Shown: positions 36,509 through 46,389, counted from the first letter of the stretch. The stretch is DNA of 50,724 nt from Deltaproteobacteria bacterium (GCA_017860575.1 JAGDMS010000007.1:1-50724); one strand, 5' to 3'. Program-made: numbers and translations. The notes: generated by a model from the letters alone, not told the origin.

Positions 36509-36528
36509 CGTGGCGTGGAAACAAACAC

Positions 36529-36735
36529 AGCAGCGTGCTTCAGCCCCGCTCACTCTGAGCTTGTCGAAGGGTGAGCGGACGCCCGCTAGAGTCCACGCGC
36601 CAGCTGCCGGAGCTCCTCCAGTCGCCCGCAATGGGGGCTTCCATATTGTGGGGCCACTACCAGCGCGCGCTCATCCTTCGACGAGCTCAGGATGAGCGGA
36701 AAAGTAGGGTGGCCAACTGCGTTGCCATACGTATG
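36529..36735 (-). mobile_element. Non-autonomous (internally deleted) derivative of the GIY-YIG/hairpin unit
   Basis: Hairpin modules at 36547-36577 and 36668-36698 in inverted orientation. Sequence next to each module matches the inner flanks of the 6686-7115 unit (GACGCCCGCT equals the reverse complement of AGCGGGCGTC; CGCGCTGGTAGTGGCCCCACAATATGG vs CGCACTGGCAGCGGCACCACCATCTGG, 21/27). A remnant of the nuclease 3' end (LEELRQLARGL vs WEELRRLSRNS) is retained, but the ORF body is missing. Confidence 0.65.
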
Positions 36736-36746
36736 CCTTGCCATAC

Positions 36747-39428
36747 TTACTTTGGGCTCGGGCCCTGCGTGACTTGCACCAGATCGCGCGGACGCAGCCA
36801 CTTGGCAAATGCGGCCTGCACCTCCTGAGGGCGCAGCTGCACGTACCGTTCGGCGGCGCGTGTCGGCTCGTCCAACGGCAGGTCCAGCACCGCGCGGGAG
36901 AGCAGTCCCGACGCGATGCTGTCCGTGCTCGCCTCCGACAGCGGAATCTCCCGCAACAACACCGCCTGCGCCTGGCGCAGCTCCTCGTCGCTGACCGGCG
37001 ACGTTTGCATGGTCTTCAGATTGCGCACGATGAGGGCACGGGCCTTCGAGACGTTCGGCGGATCGCAGGCGTAGGTGACCATGTAGAGACCGCGGGTCTG
37101 GTCGAGACTGAAGGCCGAGCCCACGTTGTAGACGAGGCCGGCATCCTTGCGCAGGTCGCGATAGAGACGGGTCGCGTAAAACGCGCCTCCCAAAACGCGA
37201 TTGCCCAGCTCGAGCGCGTAATAGTCGGGGTGAAAGCGATTGAGACCCAGGGTTTCGGCCAGCGTGACTTTGTCCTGGACCCGGCTCTTGTCCGGAACGG
37301 CGACCGTTGATGGCTTGTTCAACGGTACCGGTGGCAGCAGGGTGTTGGGCTTACGGCCGCGCGCCTGCCACTGTCCGAAGTGCTGCGCGAGCACGGCTTG
37401 CGCCCGTTCCGGCGTGACATTGCCGATGATGACGATGGTGGTTAGATCGGGCCGGAACAGCTTGTCGTAGTAGCCGCGGACATCCTTGAGCCGGAGTGCG
37501 GAAATCGTTGCCGGCGTTGCCTGGCGCTGCGTGGGGTCACGCTTCGGAAACAGCGCGGTGTTCAGTGCCCGTCCCGCGAGATACCCCGGGCTCTTCAGTT
37601 TTCCGACGAGCGAGGCCGCGAATTGCCGGCGGATCACCTTGAACGCCGGTTCGGGCAGGGCAGGGCGCAGCATGTTGTCCGCCAACAGTGCGACGCCACG
37701 TTCGAACTGTTCGCTCAACACTTGCAGAGAGAAATCGGTGCCCGCGGCGGCGCTGGCCCCGATGTCGTCCAGCGCCTTCTGGAAGGCGAGCCGATCGAGC
37801 GACGTGGTGCCGTAGGAGAACAGTTGTGCGAGCACGTCACCGACGCCCTCTTTGCCCGGTGGCACCTGCAGCGCGCCGTTGTGCCGGATATGGCCGTAGA
37901 CGCTCACGGTGTTGCTGACCGACGCCGGTTGGACGATGAGTTGGATGCCGTTCGCAAGCGTGGTGACGGTAGGCTGTACGCTGGACTGCGGCACCGAAAG
38001 TCGTCCCAATGCGGCCTGCGCCCAGTCGGGCAGCGTCACACCATTGGTCTGCTGGGGCGCGAGGGATTCCGCGCCTCCGAACCCCTTCGGTGAGGTGGGT
38101 TTGCCCGAGGGCTGCGGCGTCAGGATGGCGACGACGGCGTGGTCCAGATCGAGGTACTTGCGTGCGACCCGGTTAACGTCGTCGACGGTAACGCGCTCGA
38201 TGGCCTGCAGTTCCTCGTCGGGTGATTCGCGCCCTTCCACGGCGACCGCTTGCGACCACGCGCGGGCCAATCCCGCTACGGAGTTCTTCTGCTGTTCGGC
38301 TTCGACACGGGCGCGCCGTTTGGATGCCTCAACCAAGTCCGCGGGCACACCGTCCGCCACCTCTGCCGCAAGGACCCGCCGGATCTCCTGCCCCAGTGCT
38401 GAACTGTCGGCCCCCTGCGGGAACCCCGCGATCCCGTAGCCCATCCCCGTGTGCGGAAAGGCATTGGCGGCGAAGCCGGCATAGAGCGCCTTTCCGTCAG
38501 GAACCAGGCCGTAGAGCCGGGCGCGCTGACTGCTGAGGACATCGGCCAACACCTCAATTGCGGCGTAGTCCGGATCGTCGCTCCCCGGCAGACGGAACGC
38601 GACGACCACCATGCCGGTAGCCTGGTTGGTGTCCAGGCGCAGTGTCTCTGGCTGGACAGGCTGCAGGCGGATCTCCGGTCGTGCTGGGATCGGCTTGGCG
38701 GGGATGTCGCCGAACAGGGCGCGGACCCGCGTCAGCGTTGCTTCCGGCTCCACGTTGCCGGCGATGACCAGAATCGCGTTGTTGGGTGCGTACCAGGTGT
38801 CGTGGAACTGCTTGAGCGTGGCGGCGGTCGTTTCGGCGAACGACGGACGCGTTCCCAGGGCATCGTGCGCGTACGGCGTTCCCCGGAACAGGACCTCGAG
38901 CAGCTTGCTGTAGAAGATGTACTGCGGATTGGACAGGTTCTGGGCCACCTCCTGTTCGATCGCGCCACGCTCCTTGCTCCACAGCTGCTCGTCGGCGAGG
39001 ATGCCGCGCATGCGGATGGACTCGATGCGCAGCGCGATGTCGAGATCGTCCGCCGGCACGGTGAAGAAGTATCGCGTGACGGTTTGCTGGGTATCGGCGT
39101 TGAACTTTCCGCCGATCGCGGCGCTCAGGTTCGCCAACTGGTCCCCCGACAGGCCGGGGCTGCCGCGGAACATCATGTGCTCCTCGGCATGCGCCGTGCC
39201 CGGGAACCCCTCCGGTGATTCGTTCGAACCGACGCGGTAGTTGACGACCGTGGCAGCTACCGGCGCAAGCGTGTCACGCACGATGATCACCCGCAGGCCA
39301 TTGTCGAGGGTGGCGCGTAGGACGCCGTTGCTACTGAGTGCGGCGGCGGTTCCCGTGCCGACCGCGCACAGGAGGAAAGCAAGGATGGCCAGGCGGATTC
39401 GAGAGAGACGTATCGACGCAAACGACAT
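36747..39428 (-). CDS. M16 (pitrilysin/insulinase) family zinc peptidase, double-module, secreted
   Basis: 893 aa with a signal peptide. Inverted zinc motif HAEEHMMFRGS (HxxEH) in the first module, and a second inactive-type M16 module. Confidence 0.9.
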   Translation of the reverse strand: MSFASIRLSRIRLAILAFLLCAVGTGTAAALSSNGVLRATLDNGLRVIIVRDTLAPVAATVVNYRVGSNESPEGFPGTAHAEEHMMFRGSPGLSGDQLANLSAAIGGKFNADTQQTVTRYFFTVPADDLDIALRIESIRMRGILADEQLWSKERGAIEQEVAQNLSNPQYIFYSKLLEVLFRGTPYAHDALGTRPSFAETTAATLKQFHDTWYAPNNAILVIAGNVEPEATLTRVRALFGDIPAKPIPARPEIRLQPVQPETLRLDTNQATGMVVVAFRLPGSDDPDYAAIEVLADVLSSQRARLYGLVPDGKALYAGFAANAFPHTGMGYGIAGFPQGADSSALGQEIRRVLAAEVADGVPADLVEASKRRARVEAEQQKNSVAGLARAWSQAVAVEGRESPDEELQAIERVTVDDVNRVARKYLDLDHAVVAILTPQPSGKPTSPKGFGGAESLAPQQTNGVTLPDWAQAALGRLSVPQSSVQPTVTTLANGIQLIVQPASVSNTVSVYGHIRHNGALQVPPGKEGVGDVLAQLFSYGTTSLDRLAFQKALDDIGASAAAGTDFSLQVLSEQFERGVALLADNMLRPALPEPAFKVIRRQFAASLVGKLKSPGYLAGRALNTALFPKRDPTQRQATPATISALRLKDVRGYYDKLFRPDLTTIVIIGNVTPERAQAVLAQHFGQWQARGRKPNTLLPPVPLNKPSTVAVPDKSRVQDKVTLAETLGLNRFHPDYYALELGNRVLGGAFYATRLYRDLRKDAGLVYNVGSAFSLDQTRGLYMVTYACDPPNVSKARALIVRNLKTMQTSPVSDEELRQAQAVLLREIPLSEASTDSIASGLLSRAVLDLPLDEPTRAAERYVQLRPQEVQAAFAKWLRPRDLVQVTQGPSPK

Positions 39429-39490
39429 AGGAATAGGGGTCCCTTCCGGTTCTTACGTAAGCGGGCTCGACCGTGCGCCGACCAAAGGGA

Positions 39491-42184
39491 TCACAATTCC
39501 GCGACGGCCTTTTGCGCGATCCAGCCCCGACGACCGTCGCAGCGGGCGACTTGGAGCCAATGGTCTCGCGCGGCGACGACGCGGACGACCGTGCCCTCTT
39601 TCAGCACGAAATGCACCGTGCCGTTCTCTGCTGGCTCGAATCGGGTTGGCGTTTCGCCACGGCCGATTACGACCGCTTGCCGTTGCCCGTCCTCCATGAG
39701 CAGCCGATGCGTGAGCGATAGGATGGTCATGAGTACAGCGACGCCGAATAATGCGGCCAGATGGAGCAGCCAGCGCGGTCGACTCGGCCACAGGCGAAAA
39801 GCGGCCAGGACAATCATCAGCAGCGTGTAGGCGACGCTCGTGGTCCACAGCAAACGCTGGGTGGGCAGGCGGTGCGCGAGCGGAAAGACGACGGTTTGCC
39901 AGAGCGCCGGCGTGCACGCTTCCGTCCCGGTGACCGACTGCGCGTACGCCAGGTTGGCGGCGACGTCGGGATCGCTGGGAATCAGGCGGCGGGCACGCTC
40001 ATAGTTCAAAATGGCTTTACCGTGCTCGCCGGACTTGAAATACGCGTTCCCGAGATTGAAGTAGAGATTGCCGCTGGCCAAGCCGGCGTGCAGGAGCTGT
40101 TCATACTCCGTGGCCGCGGCGTCATACTGTCCGTCCTTGTAGAGCGCGTTGGCATGGTAGAAGGTCGTCTGCGGGCTTGGTGGCGCTTCGGCCGCGTGCG
40201 CCGACCACGCGCCCACCAAGCCGGGTATCAACAACGACAGGATGAGCAGCGGTACGGCACTGTGCGTGCCTCGCGGCACGCCGTTTTCGGTGAGAGACAA
40301 TGATTTCGGCGCCAGTCCACGCTGCCGTTCGAGACGGTGGATGATGTCCCGCGCAAGGGACAGTGCGCCGTGCATGTCGCCCTTGCTGGTACTGGGCGCA
40401 AAGCGCACCTGCTCGCAGATGGTGAGAAACTCGGTGATGCGCTGGACGCACTCGACAGGCAGACCGCAGCGGGCGATCGCGTCGGTGTCGATGGCACCCG
40501 GTGGGAGGCCGAGCTTGGCGCCGAGGTACTCCTGCATGGTGCGTGAGGCGGCGTCGTAGAACGCCGCCGGCGTGCCGCGCGTCAATTCGTGTTCTGCCAC
40601 GGCGAGGCCGCGACGCGCCTCTTTGCCGGCCCGACTGAAGCGGGCATAGCGCACGTCGCCGGTCAGTCGCCGGCGCTGTCGGTCGTACCAGACCGCCGCG
40701 CCGAACAGCGCCAGTGGCACGGGCTGCCAGAGCAGAACGACGAGGCTGCCGTACCAGGGCCGACCGCGCGACGACCACGGGCCGGGATCATCCTTGATGT
40801 ACACGATGTCCCGGCCGAGCGTTTCCGGACGGGCGGCCGGTGGCGGTGCCGCGCCACCGGTGTAGACCTCCGCGCGCGGTGCGTTGCGCGGTGGTCGCAC
40901 CACCAGTGCGATCGGCTCGCTCTGGCGCACCTCGTAGCGTTGCCCCTGCGGGTCGAAATAGGCGAAGCGCACCGCGGGAATGGCGTGGATGCTCTCGTCG
41001 TTCGGAATGAGCACCTGTTCAAAGGTCCTTGCAACGCTCGTTTGCGCACCGCTACCGTCGCCGGCCTTATCCGCCTGCGCCGCATACGTGCGAAAGCCGT
41101 CGCTGGTAACGAGCGCCGGCGGGTTTGCCTCGCCGAGGTTGCCGCTTCCCGTCACCGTCATGCGCAGGGTGACCGGATCGCCTGCGGTCACCTCGGTGGG
41201 GGTGGCGGACACCTGCAGCGCGAAGGTGCCCACGGCTCCGGAGAAGCCGGGCGGTTTTCCCTCTTCCGGTAACGGCAGGACATTCAGCATGATCGGATCG
41301 GACCGCAGTTCGACCGGGCGGCGCTCGGAAAAGGGATCGCCTTGAAAGAAGTGCTGGAAGAACGGATCATCGGCGAACGGATCGCGCCGGCGAACGAGCA
41401 GGTTCAGCGGCAGTGTTGCCGGACCCAGTGTCAGCGCCCCGGCGCGCAGCGGCACGAACGTGGTCTGAAAATGCAGTATCTGGTACGTTTCCCCATCGAT
41501 GACCTGCTGGCGTCTGCTGGGCTCCGGGAACTTCTCCAGGGTGAACCCCTCAGCGGCGATGCTCGGATATTGTACGTCGGCGACGCGGATCGCGCCGATG
41601 TACAAGGTCACGTCGACGGGCACCCGTTGGTGCAGGTAGACCGTCTGCTGCGGCACGGACATGGTCACGCGCACCGCGCGTGGATTTGGCGCCGATGGTT
41701 GTCCGGTGCCAGCACGGCCGCCGGGTGGCCCCGGTGACGGCGCTTGACCACTGCCGGCTACGTCGACGGTGAGCCCGGCGGTTTGATACGTTTTCCCCTC
41801 GTAGTCGATGCGGAACGGCCCGAGCGCGAAGTGGCCTTCGCGCAATGGCATCAACGTGTAGCGGTGCTGCACGGAGGAGTTGATGGTGCCGTTGACGATC
41901 GACATCTGCGTCAATGGTCCAGCGTAGCGCACGTCGAAGCCGTCGATGGTCAGCGACGGGGCGGGAACATTGCGTGCCCCCGACACCTCGATGGCGAGAG
42001 TGAGCGGCTCGCCGACTTGCGCGTGCTGCGGAGTGACACTGGCGCGCACCGTGACGTCGGCGTATGCGGGTCGAGCGAGCCACAGGCTGAGGCCGAGCCC
42101 GGTGCTGACCACGGCCAGCGCGAGGAATCCGTGGACAGTGTGCGGCCCCCGGGCGACAAGTCGCATTGTCCTGAACCTCACCAA
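39491..42184 (-). CDS. batD: BatD-like (oxygen-tolerance domain) protein fused to a TPR + TM + SH3 (BatE-like) C-terminus
   Basis: 897 aa. The N-terminal VTVRASVTPQHAQVGEPLTLAIEVSG... repeats are BatD-type. TPR segment YHANALYKDGQYDAAATEYEQLL...NLGNAYFKSGEHGKAILNYERA. C-terminal SH3-like ...VVRVVAARDHWLQVARCDGRRGWIAQKAV. Confidence 0.85.
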   Translation of the reverse strand: MVRFRTMRLVARGPHTVHGFLALAVVSTGLGLSLWLARPAYADVTVRASVTPQHAQVGEPLTLAIEVSGARNVPAPSLTIDGFDVRYAGPLTQMSIVNGTINSSVQHRYTLMPLREGHFALGPFRIDYEGKTYQTAGLTVDVAGSGQAPSPGPPGGRAGTGQPSAPNPRAVRVTMSVPQQTVYLHQRVPVDVTLYIGAIRVADVQYPSIAAEGFTLEKFPEPSRRQQVIDGETYQILHFQTTFVPLRAGALTLGPATLPLNLLVRRRDPFADDPFFQHFFQGDPFSERRPVELRSDPIMLNVLPLPEEGKPPGFSGAVGTFALQVSATPTEVTAGDPVTLRMTVTGSGNLGEANPPALVTSDGFRTYAAQADKAGDGSGAQTSVARTFEQVLIPNDESIHAIPAVRFAYFDPQGQRYEVRQSEPIALVVRPPRNAPRAEVYTGGAAPPPAARPETLGRDIVYIKDDPGPWSSRGRPWYGSLVVLLWQPVPLALFGAAVWYDRQRRRLTGDVRYARFSRAGKEARRGLAVAEHELTRGTPAAFYDAASRTMQEYLGAKLGLPPGAIDTDAIARCGLPVECVQRITEFLTICEQVRFAPSTSKGDMHGALSLARDIIHRLERQRGLAPKSLSLTENGVPRGTHSAVPLLILSLLIPGLVGAWSAHAAEAPPSPQTTFYHANALYKDGQYDAAATEYEQLLHAGLASGNLYFNLGNAYFKSGEHGKAILNYERARRLIPSDPDVAANLAYAQSVTGTEACTPALWQTVVFPLAHRLPTQRLLWTTSVAYTLLMIVLAAFRLWPSRPRWLLHLAALFGVAVLMTILSLTHRLLMEDGQRQAVVIGRGETPTRFEPAENGTVHFVLKEGTVVRVVAARDHWLQVARCDGRRGWIAQKAVAEL

Positions 42185-43086
42185 TCCTGCGACGGTTCGG
42201 CGACGGCGCCGCCCTGCACCTGCCGGGCAAACTCGTTGGGCCGCAGTTCCTCGTTCTTTGCCGTGTCGATCACTGAAGCCGCCTCTTGCGGCGACAGCTG
42301 ATCCTTCTGCGTTCCGCTGTCCGCTCCCGACGCCGCTTGCTGCTGTTCGGCCTCGTTCTCGCCTTCGGACTTTTGCGGTGCCGCCGGTTGTTCGTCCTTT
42401 TTCTCGTTGTCCGGGTTCGGTTGCGGCTGGTCCTGCCCTTGCTGTTGCTGGTCTTCCTGATCCCGCTGCTCCTGCTGCTGCTCTTCCTGGTTCTGCTGCT
42501 CGTTCTGCGGTTGCTGCTCCTGTTGCTGTTTCTGTTCTTCGAGTTTCTTTTTGAGATCGTCCAGCTTTTTGCTGACGAACTCGTAATTGAACTTGGCGTC
42601 CTGGTCGGCGGGATTCGCCCCCAAGGCCCGTCGGTATGCCGCCAGCGCCGCGCTGTATGCCGCCAGCGCATCCTGGGGCTTGTCGGTTTCCGCGGCGACG
42701 CCGATCCGGTACTGCGTGTTGCCAAGGTTGTAGGCGGTGTTCGCCGTTCGCCCGGCATCGTCGTCGCTGCGGCGCACGCGGGAGTAGGAGGCCATGGCCT
42801 CATCGTACTTGCCGGCCTTGTACTTGGCGTCGCCCATATTGAAATTCAGCAACGGCGAGTCGGGATCGTCGACCAATGCCTCCCCGTACTTGCCGATGGC
42901 GTCGTCGATTTTGCCCTGTTGGAACAAGCGATTGGCCTCGGCGATGCGGTCGCGAGTCGGATTGAGCCACGCCACGCAGCACGCCGCGGCCAGCAGCACA
43001 GCAAGCGTGTGTAGCGCTGACGCGCCGTGCCACGCGTCGGCTGGCTGACGACCCTCCACGTTCCACACTCCACGCCGCCCGCTCAT
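42178..43086 (-). CDS. batC: BatC-like TPR protein with a long Q/E-rich acidic tail
   Basis: Track ORF 42178-43107. The ATG at 43086 forms an ATGA overlap with the batB stop. TPR segments (FQQGKIDDAIGKYGEAL, GDAKYKAGKYDEAMASY), then EEQKQQQEQQPQNEQQNQEEQQQEQRDQEDQQQQ. Confidence 0.8.
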   Translation of the reverse strand: MSGRRGVWNVEGRQPADAWHGASALHTLAVLLAAACCVAWLNPTRDRIAEANRLFQQGKIDDAIGKYGEALVDDPDSPLLNFNMGDAKYKAGKYDEAMASYSRVRRSDDDAGRTANTAYNLGNTQYRIGVAAETDKPQDALAAYSAALAAYRRALGANPADQDAKFNYEFVSKKLDDLKKKLEEQKQQQEQQPQNEQQNQEEQQQEQRDQEDQQQQGQDQPQPNPDNEKKDEQPAAPQKSEGENEAEQQQAASGADSGTQKDQLSPQEAASVIDTAKNEELRPNEFARQVQGGAVAEPSQDW

Positions 43087-44132
43087 CCTGCCGCCCCTCT
43101 GCGCCATATCCGCCAGCGCCGGCGCAGCGGGGCGCCGGCGCGGCGCTGTTCGCCCACGAGCGGCTCGAGCGTCAGGAGCAGCACCGCCAGCACGAGTGGA
43201 ATCTGGAAGCGTTCCTCGAAGCGCCGCTCCATGGTGCTTTTCAGCTCGCGCTTCTCCATGCGCGCGAGGTAATCGTTGTAGACCACATCGAGTCCGAGGC
43301 TCGGACCGTCGGCGTGCACGTAGGCGCCGCTGGTGGTGGTCGCGATCTTCTTCAGGGTCTCGTCATCGAGGCGCGACTTGACCACCTGGCCGCGGCGGTC
43401 CTTCAGGAACGTCTGCTGCCCCCCGGTGCTGACCGGAATGAGTTCTCCGTCCGGTGTGCCGATGCCCACGGCGTAGATTTTGATGCCTTTGTCGGCCGCC
43501 AGCTTCGCCGCGTCGTCGATCTGCCCTTCGTGGTCCTCACCATCAGTGATGAGAATAAACGCTTCATGCTTGCCCTGATGCCCCTCGAAGGCCTCGACCC
43601 CGGCCCTGAGCGCTTCCGCCAATGCCGTGCCACCCTTTGGGATGATGCCGACGTTCACTGCGCGGAGGCTCTCGGTGAATGCCTCGTAGTCGAGCGTGAG
43701 CGGGCACTGGACGAAGGCACTGCCGGCAAAGGCGACCAGTCCAATGCGGTCGCCGTGCAGTTGCTTCACGAGATCTTGGACCGCGAGCTTGGCACGCTCC
43801 AGTCGGTTCGGCTTGACGTCCTCCGCGAGCATGCTGCGCGAGGTGTCGAGCGCCACAATGATGTCGATGCCTTCGCGGTGCACTTCCTCCCAGTGGAAGC
43901 CCCACTTGGGGCCCGCCAGGGCGACGAGCAGGAGTGCCAGGGCCGCCAGCAGCAGGCCTGCCCTCCAGCGTTGGCGACGCTCGTCGAGGTCGGGCGCCAA
44001 GGCGGGCAGCAGCCGGGCCTCGGCGAAGCGCTCAAGGATCTGGCGCCTTTGCCGCAGCGCCCAGATGAAAAAGAGCAGCGCCACGGGAACGAGCGCGAGC
44101 AACCAGAGCAGCTGTACGGCACGCCAATCCAT
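43083..44132 (-). CDS. batB: BatB-like von Willebrand factor A domain membrane protein
   Basis: Track ORF 43083-44210. The ATG at 44132 shares one nt with the batA stop (TGATG). N-terminal TM helices and MIDAS motif VALDTSRSM. Confidence 0.85.
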   Translation of the reverse strand: MDWRAVQLLWLLALVPVALLFFIWALRQRRQILERFAEARLLPALAPDLDERRQRWRAGLLLAALALLLVALAGPKWGFHWEEVHREGIDIIVALDTSRSMLAEDVKPNRLERAKLAVQDLVKQLHGDRIGLVAFAGSAFVQCPLTLDYEAFTESLRAVNVGIIPKGGTALAEALRAGVEAFEGHQGKHEAFILITDGEDHEGQIDDAAKLAADKGIKIYAVGIGTPDGELIPVSTGGQQTFLKDRRGQVVKSRLDDETLKKIATTTSGAYVHADGPSLGLDVVYNDYLARMEKRELKSTMERRFEERFQIPLVLAVLLLTLEPLVGEQRRAGAPLRRRWRIWRRGAAG

Positions 44133-45127
44133 CAGGGGAGCTTCCTGAACCGGGTGTGGGAAAGCCCGACCTCGGCGGTGAGGAGCAGGAGGGCGGGAAC
44201 AGCGAGCCACGGATAGAGTTCGTGATAATCCAGATAGCGCGGTGCGCTGAAGATGGACTTCTCCATCCGATTGATCTCGCCGTAGATCTGCTGGAGGCTG
44301 GCGGTGTCGGTGGCGCGGAAATAGGTCCCGCCGGTCTTCTGTGCGATCGACTTCAACGTGTCCTCGTCGATATCCACCTTGATGGGTTGGTACACTTTGT
44401 TACCGAAGAGGTCGCGTGCCGGGTAGGGTGCCAGCCCGCGCGTGCCCGCGCCGATGGTATAGACCTTGATGCCCAGCGCCTTGACGGCGTCGGCCGCGGT
44501 GGCGGGCGTGATGCGCCCGGCATTGTTCTGGCCATCAGTGAGCAGGATGATCACCTTGCTCTTCCCATCGGACTGCTCCAGCCGGCCAGCGGCGGTGGCG
44601 AGTGCGGAGCCGACGGCCGTGCCGTCTTCGATCATGCCGATCTGGGCGCGCGCTAGGTTTTGCAGCAGCCAGCCATGGTCGAGCGTGAGCGGGCACTGGG
44701 TGTACGGGCGCGCACTGAACAGCACCAGACCGATCCGGTCACCGGCGCGGCCGGCGACGAAGTCCTTCACCACCGCTTTGACCACCTCGAGGCGGCTGGC
44801 CCGGTGCCCGTCCAAGGTGAAGTCTTCCGAGAGCATGCTGCCGGAGATGTCGACCGTCAACATGATGTCGATGCCTTGGCCGTGGTATGCGCTCTCCGCT
44901 TTGCCCTTTTGCGGCCGCGCCAGGGCGAAAACCAGCAATGCCAGCGCCAGGGCCCGCATGGCGTGCAGCAGCCAGCGCCAGCGGCGCACGCCGGTGTCCG
45001 GGATGTCACGCACCAGGGTGAGCGTCGGAAAGCGCACGGCGGCTTCGCGCCTCGGGTGCCGCTGCCACCAAAAGAGTAGCGGCACCACCATGAGCAGCGC
45101 CAAAGCCCACGGATCATGCAGCCGCAC
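44132..45127 (-). CDS. batA: BatA-like von Willebrand factor A domain membrane protein
   Basis: Track ORF 44132-45316. GGAGGG lies 5 nt before the GTG at 45127, giving VRLHDPWALALLMVVPLLFWW. MIDAS motif TVDISGSM. C-terminal TM. Confidence 0.85.
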   Translation of the reverse strand: MRLHDPWALALLMVVPLLFWWQRHPRREAAVRFPTLTLVRDIPDTGVRRWRWLLHAMRALALALLVFALARPQKGKAESAYHGQGIDIMLTVDISGSMLSEDFTLDGHRASRLEVVKAVVKDFVAGRAGDRIGLVLFSARPYTQCPLTLDHGWLLQNLARAQIGMIEDGTAVGSALATAAGRLEQSDGKSKVIILLTDGQNNAGRITPATAADAVKALGIKVYTIGAGTRGLAPYPARDLFGNKVYQPIKVDIDEDTLKSIAQKTGGTYFRATDTASLQQIYGEINRMEKSIFSAPRYLDYHELYPWLAVPALLLLTAEVGLSHTRFRKLP

Positions 45128-46094
45128 GGGAGCCCTCCGCGCCCTGACCGGGCGCCGCCGGTCGGGTGTCTTCGACGAATCGCCGCGCCGCGGCGTGCGC
45201 GTTGTCCGTGTCCTGCAGCGTGGGCAGATGACGGGCGAACTTGACCAGATCGGCCTGCGACAAGAAGTCTCCGAGGAGTCGGCGGTGCGGCGGGGCCAGG
45301 CGCCCATCGCCGGCAACGGCCACCAGAAACTCCTCAGTCGTCATTTCCGGCGCGCGCACACTGAAGCGGTCCTCGAGATAGCGGCGTACGATGGCGGACA
45401 GCCGCACGTAATACTCCTCGATCTGGCCGCTCTCGACGAGGTGTAGCGCCCGTAATTTGTTGAGTGCCGCCAGCGCCACCTCGTGTGGTGGCTCGGCCGG
45501 TACCAGCCGCTGGCGCCTCGGGCGATTCAGCAGGTAGAACAGACCTGCGCCCAGGAGTCCGACGGCGGCGACGACGGCCGCCACGATCCCGTACGGCCGC
45601 CAATCGAAGGGTACCTCCTCGGGAGGCTTGATGTCACGAATGTCGGTGGCGGTCGTCTCCTGCGCCAAGAGGCTCGTCACGCCGACGAGAACCTCGTTGC
45701 CTTCGGCCTCGCGCAACTCCTCGCCCGGTGTCCGATACTGCACTGTGGGCGCCGGCACGAGGTGGTCGCCCGTGGCGAAAATCGTCAGCGTGTACCAGCG
45801 GGCGAGGATGATGCGACCGTTTTCCTTGCGGCTCGGCAATTCGCCAAAGTCGCTGATGGCGAAGTCGCCCAGGCTCCCGCTGAGCACTGGGATGAGTACT
45901 TCGGTGTCGGCGGCCGCCGACACCTCGACGGTGTAGCGGATCGGATCGCCAATGGTGACCTGGCTGCGGTCGACGCTGGCCTGCACAGCGACGGGGGACG
46001 TCGCCGATGGCATTGGGTCGGCGGCGAAGGTCGGCGCAGCAACAAGCACGATCGCCGGCACCGGTGCAGTGAGGAATGCCGCAACGCCGGACAA
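45114..46094 (-). CDS. BatD-N-like / DUF4381-like membrane protein of the Bat operon
   Basis: The N-terminal part of track ORF 45114-46475 is translated repeat DNA (…TLRQAQGERK…). GGAGA lies 7 nt before the TTG at 46094, giving a signal peptide (SGVAAFLTAPVPAIVLVAAPTFAA). Then VQASVDRSQVTIGDPIRYTVEV (BatD-like), one TM, and a DUF4381-like tail (…YYVRLSAIVRRYLEDRF…ADLVKFA). Confidence 0.7.
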   Translation of the reverse strand: MSGVAAFLTAPVPAIVLVAAPTFAADPMPSATSPVAVQASVDRSQVTIGDPIRYTVEVSAAADTEVLIPVLSGSLGDFAISDFGELPSRKENGRIILARWYTLTIFATGDHLVPAPTVQYRTPGEELREAEGNEVLVGVTSLLAQETTATDIRDIKPPEEVPFDWRPYGIVAAVVAAVGLLGAGLFYLLNRPRRQRLVPAEPPHEVALAALNKLRALHLVESGQIEEYYVRLSAIVRRYLEDRFSVRAPEMTTEEFLVAVAGDGRLAPPHRRLLGDFLSQADLVKFARHLPTLQDTDNAHAAARRFVEDTRPAAPGQGAEGSRAAA

Positions 46095-46138
46095 TAGAAT
46101 TCTCCGGCTGAGTCGCGAGAAAAGTCGTCTAACAGCCT

Positions 46139-46257
46139 GCTGAAAAACCCCACCCCATGCTTCGACAGGCTCAGCATGAGCGGATCCCCTCCCCGATTTC
46201 ATTATCCTTTTCCGCTCACCCTGAGCTTGTCGAAGGGTGTTCAGACCCTTTTTCAGC
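46139..46257. mobile_element. MITE-like pair of hairpin modules with its own outer inverted repeat
   Basis: GCTGAAAAA...CATGCTTCGACAGGCTCAGCATGAGCGG, a 28-bp spacer, then CCGCTCACCCTGAGCTTGTCGAAGGGTG...TTTTTCAGC. The core module is the same as at 6.7 and 36.6 kb, but the pair has opposite polarity. Confidence 0.6.
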
Positions 46258-46389
46258 ATCCTGCCAAAGACGACTCCTGAGAAACCTGAACAGTCGGCTT
46301 CAGTCGACTTGAGTCGACTCAGCCAGGGAATTCCATTTCCTGGCGGTATACGGTCGCAACCGAACGTGTGTGTCCCGCGATGCATCATG

